17,646 nt of DNA from Utricularia gibba (GCA_002189035.1 NEEC01000463.1:1-17646), one strand, 5' to 3'. Counted from the first letter of the stretch, positions 1 to 12,032 are shown. Numbers and translations: made by a program. The notes: a model not told the origin generated them from the letters alone.

Positions 1-345
1 AACGGTGTGCGAGGAAACCATGAGGCTTCGGTAGGGACACACCCTAAGCATGTGCAAAGATCGCCTCGAAAACCCATATTTCACATCACCCGAAAAAACG
101 CAGATGTTTTGCAAGCCGAAAATTACAATCACGTCGATTTTGGTGTTCAAGTCGCATCGTCGCGAACGTGGTGGCCACTTTGTGGCACATCTGAAGGCTA
201 ATATAAGGCGATAATTCGAGCTCTGATGCATCCTCGGACGAAGAAGCATTCAACACGGAAGATGACCGGCTCGGAACGAGCTTCGAAACGGTATTCCGGG
301 CGCAGCGTGACTCATCACGGTCTTCAGGATATCGACGAGATGCCG
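1..345 (+). repeat. Representative monomer (copy 1)
   Basis: 175/345 G+C (~51%) and 32 CpG by hand count. Near-invariant single sites per monomer are NruI TCGCGA, MscI TGGCCA, SacI GAGCTC, NsiI ATGCAT, BstBI TTCGAA and EcoRV GATATC. HindIII AAGCTT is polymorphic and absent in this copy (AAGCATTC). Confidence 0.97.
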
Positions 346-3300
346 AACGGTGTGCGAGGAAACCATGAGGCTTCGGTAGGGACACACCCTAAGCATGTGC
401 AAAGATCGCCTCGAAAACCCATATTTCACATCACCCGAAAAACGCAGATGTTTTGCAAGCCGAAAATTACAATCACGTCGATTTTGGTGTTCCAAGTCGC
501 ATCGTCGCGAACGTGGTGGCCACTTTGTGGCACATCTGAAGGCTAATAGAAGGCGATAATTCGAGCTCTGATGCATCTCGGACGAAGAAGCTTTAAACGG
601 AAGATGACCGGCTCGGAACGAGCTTCGAAACGGTATTCCGGGCGCAGCGTGACTCATCACGGTCTTCAGGATATCGACGAGATGCCGAACGGTGTGCGAG
701 GAAACCATGAGGCTTCGGGTAGGGACACACCCTAAGCATGTGCAAAGATCGCCTCGAAAACCCATATTTCACATCACCCGAAAAACGCAGATGTTTTGCA
801 AGCCGAAAATTACAATCACGTCGATTTTGGTGTTCCAAGTCGCATCGTCGCGAACGTGGTGGCCACTTGTGGCGCATCTGAAGGCTAATAGAAGGCGATA
901 ATTCGAGCTCTGATGCATCCTCGGACGAAGAAGCTTCAACACGGAAGATGACCGGCTCGGAACGAGCTTCGAAACGGTATGCCGGGGCGCAGCGTGACTC
1001 ATCACGGTCTTCAGGATATCGACGAGATGCCGAACGGTGTGCGAGGAAACCATGAGGCTTCGGGTAGGGACACACCCTAAGCATGTGCAAAGATCGCCTC
1101 GAAAACCATATTTCACATCACCCAAAAACGCAGATGTTTTGCAAGCCGAAAATCCAATCGCGTCGATTTTGGTGTTCCAAGTCGCATCGTCGCGAACGTG
1201 GTGGCCACTTTGTGGCACATCTGAAGGCTAATATAAGGCGATAATTCGAGCTCTGATGCATCCTCGGACGAAGAAGCTTCAACACGGAAGATGACCGGCT
1301 CGGAACGAGCTTCGAAACGGTATTCCGGGCGCAGCGTGACTCATCACGGTCTTCAGGATATCGACGAGATGCCGAACGGTGTGCGAGGAAACCATGAGGC
1401 TTCGGTAGGGACACACCCTAAGCATGTGCAAAGATCGCCTCGAAAACCCATATTTCACATCACCCCAAAACGCAGATGTTTTGCAAGCCGAAAAATCACA
1501 ATCGCGTCGATTTGGTGTTCAAGTCGCATCGTCGCGAACGTGGTGGCCACTTTGTGGCGCATCTGAAGGCTAATAGAAGGCGATAATTCGAGCTCTGATG
1601 CATCCTCGGACGAAGAAGCTTTCAACACGGAAGATGACCGGCTCGGAACGAGCTTCGAAACGGTATGCCGGGCGCAGCGTGACTCATCACGGTCTTCAGG
1701 ATATCGACGAGATGCCGAACGGTGTGCGAGGAAACCATGAGGCTTCGGGTAGGGACACACCCTAAGCATGTGCAAAGATCGCCTCGAAAACCCATATTTC
1801 ACATCACCCGAAAAAACGCAGATGTTTTGCAAGCCGAAAATTACAATCACGTCGATTTTGGTGTTCCAAGTCGCATCGTCGCGAACGTGGTGGCCACTTT
1901 GTGGCGCATCTGAAGGCTAATAGAAGGCGATAATTCGAGCTCTGATGCATCCTCGGACGAAGAAGCTTTTCAACACGGAAGATGACCGGCTCGGAACGAG
2001 CTTCGAAACGGTATCCGGGCGCAGCGTGACTCATCACGGTCTTCAGGATATCGACGAGATGCCGAACGGTGTGCGAGGAAACCATGAGGCTTCGGGTAGG
2101 ACACACCCTAAGCATGTGCAAAGATCCCTCGAAAACCCATATTTCACATCACCCGAAAAAACGCAGATGTTTTGCAAGCCGAAAATCACAATCGTGTCGA
2201 TTTGGTGTTCCAAGTCGCATCGTCGCGAACGTGGTGGCACTTTGTGGCACATCTGAAGGCTAATATAAGGCGATAATTCGAGCTCTGATGCATCTCGGAC
2301 GAAGAAGCTTCAACACGGAAGATGACCGGCTCGGAACGAGCTTCGAAACGGTATTCCGGGCGCAGCGTGACTCATCACGGTCTTCAGGATATCGACGAGA
2401 TGCCGAACGGTGTGCGAGGAAACCATGAGGCTTCGAGTAGGACACACCCTAAGCATGTGCAAAGATCGCCTCGAAAACCCATATTTCACATCACCCGAAA
2501 AAACGCAGATGTTTTGCAAGCCGAAAATTACAATCACGTCGATTTTGGTGTTCCAAGTCGCATCGTCGCGAACGTGGTGGCCACTTTGTGCACATCTGAA
2601 GGCTAATAGAAGGCGATAATTCGAGCTCTTATGCATCCTCGGACGAAGAAGCATTCAACACGGAAGATGACCGGCTCGGAACGAGCTTCGAAACGGTATT
2701 CCGGGCGCAGCGTGACTCATCACGGTCTTCAGGATATCGACGAGATGCCGAACGGTGTGCGAGGAAACCATGAGGCTTCGGGTAGGGACACACCCTAAGC
2801 ATGTGCAAAGATCGCCTCGAAAACCCATATTTCACATCACCAAAAACGCAGATGTTTTGCAAGCCGAAAATCACAATCGCGTCGATTTGGTGTTCAAGTC
2901 GCATCGTCGCGAACGTGGTGGCCACTTTGTGGCGCATCTGAAGGCTAATAGAAGGCGATAATTCGAGCTCTGATGCATCCTCGGACGAAGAAGCTTTCAA
3001 CACGGAAGATGACCGGCTCGGAACGAGCTTCGAAACGGTATGCCGGGCGCAGCGTGACTCATCACGGTCTTCAGATATCGACGAGATGCCGAACGGTGTG
3101 CGAGGAAACCATGAGGCTTCGGGTAGGGACACACCTAAGCATGTGCAAAGATCGCCTCGAAAACCCATATTTCACATCACCCGAAAAACGCAGATGTTTT
3201 GCAAGCCGAAAATCACAATCGCGTCGATTTTGGTGTTCAAGTCGCATCGTCGCGAACGTGGTGGCCACTTTGTGGCACATCTGAAGGCTAATAGAAGGCG

Positions 3301-6300
3301 ATAATTCGAGCTCTGATGCATCCTCGGACGAAGAAGCATTCAACACGGAAGATGACCGGCTCGGAACGAGCTTCGAAACGGTATTCCGGGCGCAGCGTGA
3401 CTCATCACGGTCTTCAGGATATCGACGAGATGCCGAACGGTGTGCGAGGAAACCATGAGGCTTCGGTAGGGACACACCCTAAGCATGTGCAAAGATCGCC
3501 TCGAAAACCCATATTTCACATCACCCGAAAAAACGCAGATGTTTTGCAAGCCGAAAATCACAATCGTCGATTTTGGTGTTCCAAGTCGCATCGTCGCGAA
3601 CGTGGTGGCCACTTTGTGGCATCTGAAGGCTAATATAAGGCGATAATTCGAGCTCTGATGCATCCTCGGACGAAGAAGCATTCAACACGGAAGATGACCG
3701 GCTCGGAACGAGCTTCGAAACGGTATTCCGGGCGCAGCGTGACTCATCACGGTCTTCAGGATATCGACGAGATGCCGAACGGTGTGCGAGAAACCATGAG
3801 GCTTCGAGTAGGGACACACCCTAAGCATGTGCAAAGATCGCCTCGAAAACCCATATTTCACATCACCCGAAAAAACGCAGATGTTTTGCAAGCCGAAAAT
3901 TACAATCACGTCGATTTTGGTGTTCCAAGTCGCATCGTCGCGAACGTGGTGGCCACTTTGTGGCACATCTGAAGGCTAATATAAGGCGATAATTCGAGCT
4001 CTGATGCATCCTCGGACGAAGAAGCTTTCAACACGGAAGATGACCGGCTCGGAACGAGCTTCGAAACGGTATGCCGGGCGCAGCGTGACTCATCACGGTC
4101 TTCAGGATATCGACGAGATGCCGAACGGTGTGCGAGGAAACCATGAGCTTCGTAGGGACACACCCTAAGCATGTGCAAAGATCGCCTCGAAAAATATTTC
4201 ACATCACCCAAAAAAACGCAGATGTTTTGCAAGCCGAAAATTACAATCGCGTCGATTTTGGTGTTCCAAGTCGCATCGTCGCGAACGTGGTGGCCACTTT
4301 GTGGCACATCTGAAGGCTAATATAAGGCGATAATTCGAGCTCTGATGCATCCTCGGACGAAGAAGCTTCAACACGGAAGATGACCGGCTCGGAACGAGCT
4401 TCGAAACGGTATTCCGGGCGCAGCGTGACTCATCACGGTCTTCAGGATATCGACGAGATGCCGAACGTGTGCGAGGAAACCATGAGGCTTCGGGTAGGGA
4501 CACACCCTAAGCATGCAAAGATCGCCTCGAAAACCCATATTTCACATCACCCGAAAAAAACGCAGATGTTTTGCAAGCCGAAAATTACAATCACGTCGAT
4601 TTTGGTGTTCCAAGTCGCATCGTCGCGAACGTGGTGGCCACTTTGTGGCACATCTGAAGGCTAATAAGGCGATAATTCGAGCTCTGATGCATCCTCGGAC
4701 GAAGAAGCTTCAACACGGAAGATGACCGGCTCGGAACGAGCTTCGAAACGGTATTCCGGGCGCAGCGTGACTCATCACGGTCTTCAGGATATCGACGAGA
4801 TGCCGAACGGTGTGCGAGGAAACCATGAGGCTTCGGTAGGGACACACCCTAAGCATGTGCAAAGATCGCCTCGAAAACCCATATTTCACATCACCCGAAA
4901 AACGCAGATGTTTTGCAAGCCGAAAATCACAATCGCGTCGATTTGGTGTTCAAGTCGCATCGTCGCGAACGTGGTGGCCACTTTGTGGCACATCTGAAGG
5001 CTAATAGAAGGCGATAATTCGAGCTCTGATGCATCCTCGGACGAAGAAGCTTCAACACGGAAGATGACCGGCTCGGAACGAGCTTCGAAACGGTATTCCG
5101 GGCGCAGCGTGACTCATCACGGTCTTCAGGATATCGACGAGATGCCGAACGGTGTGCGAGGAAACCATGAGGCTTCGGTAGGGACACACCCTAAGCATGT
5201 GCAAAGATCGCCTCGAAAACCCATATTTTCACATCACCCGAAAAACGCAGATGTTTTGCAAGCCGAAAATTACAATCGCGTCGATTTTGGTGTTCCAAGT
5301 CGCATCGTCGCGAACGTGGTGGCCACTTTGTGGCGCATCTGAAGGCTAATATAAGGCGATAATTCGAGCTCTTATGCATCTCGGACGAAGAAGCTTCAAC
5401 ACGGAAGATGACCGGCTCGGAACGAGCTTCGAACGGTATTCCGGCGCAGCGTGACTCATCACGGTCTTCAGGATATCGACGAGATGCCGAACGGTGTGCG
5501 AGGAAACCATGAGGCTTCGAGTAGGGACACACCCTAAGCATGTGCAAAGATCGCCTCGAAAACCATATTTCACATCACCCAAAAAACGCAGATGTTTTGC
5601 AAGCCGAAAATTACAATCGCGTCGATTTTGGTGTTCCAAGTCGCATCGTCGCGAACGTGGTGGCCACTTTGTGGCACATCTGAAGGCTAATATAAGGCGA
5701 TAATTCGAGCTCTGATGCATCCTCGGACGAAGAAGCTTCAACACGGAAGATGACCGGCTCGGAACGAGCTTCGAAACGGTATGCCGGGCGCAGCGTGACT
5801 CATCACGGTCTTCAGGATATCGACGAGATGCCGAACGGTGTGCGAGGAAACCATGAGGCTTCGGGTAGGGACACACCCTAAGCATGTGCAAAGATCGCCT
5901 CGAAAACCCATATTTCACATCACCCGAAAAAAACGCAGATGTTTTGCAAGCCGAAAATTACAATCGCGTCGATTTTGGTGTTCCAAGTCGCATCGTCGCG
6001 AACGTGGTGGCCACTTTGTGGCACATCTGAAGGCTAATATAAGGCGATAATTCGAGCTCTGATGCATCCTCGGACGAAGAAGCTTTAAACACGGAAGATG
6101 ACCGGCTCGGAACGAGCTTCGAAACGGTATTCCGGGCGCAGCGTGACTCATCACGGTCTTCAGGATATCGACGAGATGCCGAACGGTGTGCGAGGAAACC
6201 ATGAGGCTTCGGGTAGGGACACACCCTAAGCATGTGCAAAGATCGCCTCGAAAACCCATATTTCACATCACCCGAAAAAACGCAGATGTTTTGCAAGCCG

Positions 6301-9300
6301 AAAATTACAATCACGTCGATTTTGGTGTTCCAAGTCGCATCGTCGCGAACGTGGTGGCCACTTTGTGGCACATCTGAAGGCTAATATAAGGCGATAATTC
6401 GAGCTCTTATGCATCTCGGACGAAGAAGCATTCAACACGGAAGATGACCGGCTCGGAACGAGCTTCGAAACGGTATTCCGGGCGCAGCGTGACTCATCAC
6501 GGTCTTCAGGATATCGACGAGATGCCGAACGGTGTGCGAGGAAACCATGAGGCTTCGGGTAGGGACACACCCTAAGCATGTGCAAAGATCGCCTCGAAAA
6601 CCCATATTTCACATCACCCGAAAAAACGCAGATGTTTTGCAAGCCGAAAATTACAATCGCGTCGATTTGGTGTTCCAAGTCGCATCGTCGCGAACGTGGT
6701 GGCCACTTTGTGGCACATCTGAAGGCTAATATAAGGCGATAATTCGAGCTCTGATGCATCCTCGGACGAAGAAGCTTTAACACGGAAGATGACCGGCTCG
6801 GAACGAGCTTCGAAACGGTATGCCGGGCGCAGCGTGACTCATCACGGTCTTCAGGATATCGACGAGATGCCGAACGGTGTGCGAGGAAACCATGAGGCTT
6901 CGGTAGGGACACACCCTAAGCATGTGCAAAGATCGCCTCGAAAACCCATATTTCACATCACCCGAAAAAACGCAGATGTTTTGCAAGCCGAAAATCAATC
7001 ACGTCGATCGATTTTGGTGTTCCAAGTCGCATCGTCGCGAACGTGGTGGCCACTTTGTGGCACATCTGAAGGCTAATATAAGGCGATAATTCGAGCTCTT
7101 ATGCATCCTCGGACGAAGAAGCTTCAACACGGAAGATGACCGGCTCGGAACGAGCTTCGAAACGGTATTCCGGGCGCAGCGTGACTCATCACGGTCTTCA
7201 GGATATCGACGAGATGCCGAACGGTGTGCGAGGAAACCATGAGGCTTCGAGTAGGGACACACCCTAAGCATGTGCAAAGATCGCCTCGAAAACCATATTT
7301 CACATCACCCGAAAAAACGCAGATGTTTTGCAAGCCGAAAATTACAATCACGTCGATTTTGGTGTTCCAAGTCGCGTCGTCGCGAACGTGGTGGCCACTT
7401 TGTGGCACATCTGAAGGCTAATAGAAGGCGATAATTCGAGCTCTGATGCATCCTCGGACGAAGAAGCTTCAACACGGAAGATGACCGGCTCGGAACGAGC
7501 TTCGAAACGGTATTCCGGGCGCAGCGTGACTCATCACGGTCTTCAGGATATCGACGAGATGCCGAACGGTGTGCGAGGAAACCATGAGGCTTCGGGTAGG
7601 GACACACCCTAAGCATGTGCAAAGATCGCCTCGAAAACCCATATTTCACATCACCCAAAAAACGCAGATGTTTTGCAAGCCGAAAATTACAATCACGTCG
7701 ATTTTGGTGTTCCAAGTCGCATCGTCGCGAACGTGGTGGCCACTTTGTGGCACATCTGAAGGCTAATAGAAGGCGATAATTCGAGCTCTGATGCATCCTC
7801 GGACGAAGAAGCTTCAACACGGAAGATGACCGGCTCGGAACGAGCTTCGAAAACGGTATGCCGGGCGCAGCGTGACTCATCACGGTCTTCAGGATATCGA
7901 CGAGATGCCGAACGGTGTGCGAGGAAACCATGAGGCTTCGAGTAGGGACACACCCTAAGCATGTGCAAAGATCGCCTCGAAAACCCATATTTCACATCAC
8001 CCGAAAAAACGCAGATGTTTTGCAAGCCGAAAATTACAATCACGTCGATTTGGTGTTCCAAGTCGCGTCGTCGCGAACGTGGTGGCCACTTTGTGGCACA
8101 TCTGAAGGCTAATAGAAGGCGATAATTCGAGCTCTGATGCATCCTCGGACGAAGAAGCTTTCAACACGGAAGATGACCGGCTCGGAACGAGCTTCGAAAC
8201 GGTATTCCGGGCGCAGCGTGACTCATCACGGTCTTCAGATATCGACGAGATGCCGAACGGTGTGCGAGGAAACCATGAGGCTTCGGGTAGGGACACACCT
8301 AAGCATGTGCAAAGATCCCTCGAAAACCCATATTTCACATCACCCGAAAAAAACGCAGATGTTTTGCAAGCCGAAAATCACAATCGCGTCGATTTTGGTG
8401 TTCAAAGTCGCATCGTCGCGAACGTGGTGGCCACTTTGTGGCACATCTGAAGGCTAATAGAAGGCGATAATTCGAGCTCTGATGCATCTCGGACGAAGAA
8501 GCTTCAACACGGAAGATGACCGGCTCGGAACGAGCTTCGAAACGGTATTCCGGGCGCAGCGTGACTCATCACGGTCTTCAGGATATCGACGAGATGCCGA
8601 ACGGTGTGCGAGGAAACCATGAGGCTTCGGTAGGGACACACCCTAAGCATGTGCAAAGATCGCCTCGAAAACCCATATTTCACATCACCCGAAAAAACGC
8701 AGATGTTTTGCAAGCCGAAAATTACAATCACGTCGATTTTGGTGTTCCAAGTCGCATCGTCGCGAACGTGGTGGCCACTTTGTGGCACATCTGAAGGCTA
8801 ATATAAGGCGATAATTCGAGCTCTGATGCATCCTCGGACGAAGAAGCTTTCAACACGGAAGATGACCGGCTCGGAACGAGCTTCGAAACGGTATTCCGGG
8901 CGCAGCGTGACTCATCACGGTCTTCAGGATATCGACGAGATGCCGAACGGTGTGCGAGGAAACCATGAGGCTTCGGTAGGGACACACCCTAAGCATGTGC
9001 AAAGATCGCCTCGAAAACCCATATTTCACATCACCCGAAAAAACGCAGATGTTTTGCAAGCCGAAAATTACAATCACGTCGATTTTGGTGTTCAAAGTCG
9101 CATCGTCGCGAACGTGGTGGCCACTTTGTGGCACATCTGAAGGCTAATATAAGGCGATAATTCGAGCTCTGATGCATCCTCGGACGAAGAAGCTTCAACA
9201 CGAAGATGACCGGCTCGGAACGAGCTTCGAAACGGTATTCCGGGCGCAGCGTGACTCATCACGGTCTTCAGGATATCGACGAGATGCCGAACGGTGTGCG

Positions 9301-12032
9301 AGGAAACCATGAGGCTTCGAGTAGGGACACCCCTAAGCATGTGCAAAGATCGCCTCGAAAACCCATATTTCACATCACCCGAAAAAACGCAGATGTTTTG
9401 CAAGCCGAAAATTACAATCACGTCGATTTGGTGTTCCAAGTCGCATCGTCGCGAACGTGGTGGCCACTTTGTGGCACATCTGAAGGCTAATATAAGGCGA
9501 TAATTCGAGCTCTTATGCATCCTCGGACGAAGAAGCATTCAACACGGAAGATGACCGGCTCGGAACGAGCTTCGAAACGGTATTCCGGGCGCAGCGTGAC
9601 TCATCACGGTCTTCAGGATATCGACGAGATGCCGAACGGTGTGCGAGGAAACCATGAGGCTTCGGGTAGGGACACACCCTAAGCATGTGCAAAGATCGCC
9701 TCGAAAACCCATATTTCACATCACCCAAAAAACGCAGATGTTTTGCAAGCCGAAAACAATCGCGTCGATTTTGGTGTTCAAGTCGCATCGTCGCGAACGT
9801 GGTGGCCACTTTGTGGCACATCTGAAGGCTAATAGAAGGCGATAATTCGAGCTCTGATGCATCCTCGGACGAAGAAGCTTTCAACGGAAGATGACCGGCT
9901 CGGAACGAGCTTCGAAACGGTATTCCGGGCGCAGCGTGACTCATCACGGTCTTCAGGATATCGACGAGATGCCGAACGGTGTGCGAGGAAACCATGAGGC
10001 TTCGGGTAGGGACACACCCTAAGCATGTGCAAAGATCGCCTCGAAAACCCATATTTCACATCACCCGAAAAAACGCAGATGTTTTGCAAGCCGAAAATCA
10101 CAATCACGTCGATTTTGGTGTTCAAGTCGCATCGTCGCGAACGTGGTGGCCACTTTGTGGCGCATCTGAAGGCTAATAGAAGGCGATAATTCGAGCTCTG
10201 ATGCATCCTCGGACGAAGAAGCTTCAACACGGAAGATGACCGGCTCGGAACGAGCTTCGAAACGGTATTCCGGGCGCAGCGTGACTCATCACGGTCTTCA
10301 GGATATCGACGAGATGCCGAACGGTGTGCGAGGAAACCATGAGGCTTCGGTAGGGACACACCCTAAGCATGTGCAAAGATCGCCTCGAAAACCATATTTC
10401 ACATCACCCAAAACGCAGATGTTTTGCAAGCCGAAAATTACAATCACGTCGATTTTGGTGTTCAAAGTCGCATCGTCGCGAACGTGGTGGCCACTTTGTG
10501 GCACATCTGAAGGCTAATATAAGGCGATAATTCGAGCTCTTATGCATCCTCGGACGAAGAAGCTTCAACACACGGAAGATGACCGGCTCGGAACGAGCTT
10601 CGAAACGGTATTCCGGGCGCAGCGTGACTCATCACGGTCTTCAGGATATCGACGAGATGCCGAACGGTGTGCGAGGAAACCATGAGGCTTCGGGTAGGGA
10701 CACACCCTAAGCATGTGCAAAGATCGCCTCGAAAACCCATATTTCACATCACCCAAAAACGCAGATGTTTTGCAAGCCGAAAATTACAATCACGTCGATT
10801 TTGGTGTTCCAAGTCGCATCGTCGCGAACGTGGTGGCCACTTTGTGGCGCATCTGAAGGCTAATAGAAGGCGATAATTCGAGCTCTGATGCATCCTCGGA
10901 CGAAGAAGCTTTAAACACGGAAGATGACCGGCTCGGAACGAGCTTCGAAACGGTATGCCGGGCGCAGCGTGACTCATCACGGTCTTCAGGATATCGACGA
11001 GATGCCGAACGGTGTGCGAGGAAACCATGAGGCTTCGGTAGGGACACACCCTAAGCATGTGCAAAGATCGCCTCGAAAACCCATATTTCACATCACCGAA
11101 AAAACGCAGATGTTTTGCAAGCCGAAAATTACAATCGTCGATTTTGGTGTTCCAAGTCGCTCGTCGCGAACGTGGTGGCCACTTTGTGGCACATCTGAAG
11201 GCTAATAGAAGGCGATAATTCGAGCTCTGATGCATCCTCGGACGAAGAAGCTTCAACACGGAAGATGACCGGCTCGGAACGAGCTTCGAAACGGTATGCG
11301 GGCGCAGCGTGACTCATCACGGTCTTCAGGATATCGACGAGATGCCGAACGGTGTGCGAGGAAACCATGAGGCTTCGGTAGGGACACACCCTAAGCATGT
11401 GCAAATCGCCTCGAAAACCCATATTTCACATCACCCAAAAAACGCAGATGTTTTGCAAGCCGAAAATCACAATCGCGTCGATTCGTGTTAAGTCGCATCG
11501 TCGCGAACGTGGTGGCCACTTTGTGGCACATCTGAAGGCTAATAGAAGGCGATAATTCGAGCTCTGATGCATCCTCGGACGAAGAAGCATTCAACACGGA
11601 AGATGACCGGCTCGGAACGAGCTTCGAAACGGTATTCCGGGCGCAGCGTGACTCATCACGGTCTTCAGGATATCGACGAGATGCCGAACGGTGTGCGAGG
11701 AAACCATGAGGCTTCGGGTAGGGACACACCCTAAGCATGTGCAAAGATCGCCTCGAAAACCCATATTTCACATCACCCAAAAAAACGCAGATGTTTTGCA
11801 AGCCGAAAATTACAATCACGTCGATTTTGGTGTTCCAAGTCGCATCGTCGCGAACGTGGTGGCCACTTTGTGGCACATCTGAAGGCTAATAGAAGGCGAT
11901 AATTCGAGCTCTGATGCATCTCGGACGAAGAAGCATTCAACACGGAAGATGACCGGCTCGGAACGAGCTTCGAAACGGTATTCCGGGCGCAGCGTGACTC
12001 ATCACGGTCTTCAGGATATCGACGAGATGCCG

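Noticed and set aside
29-47. Telomeric repeat or G-quadruplex
   Set aside because: There is only one CCCTAA and two adjacent G-runs per monomer, which is neither a telomeric tract nor four G-runs.
69-141. Helically phased A-tracts (intrinsic curvature)
   Set aside because: The A/T tracts are confined to this sub-region, but their spacings (about 10, 14, 14, 12 and 19 bp) are not multiples of ~10.5 bp.
281-301. CENP-B box-like motif CTTCG...CGGG
   Set aside because: TTCG and CGGG are separated by 11 nt, not the 7 nt of the NTTCGNNNNANNCGGGN core.
1-345. 5S rDNA, tRNA, snRNA or spliced-leader RNA tandem array
   Set aside because: I recognise no 5S coding region, tRNA cloverleaf, or known SL exon (nematode, trypanosome, dinoflagellate) on either strand. 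The Sm-like GATTTTGG (136-143) is too short to count alone.
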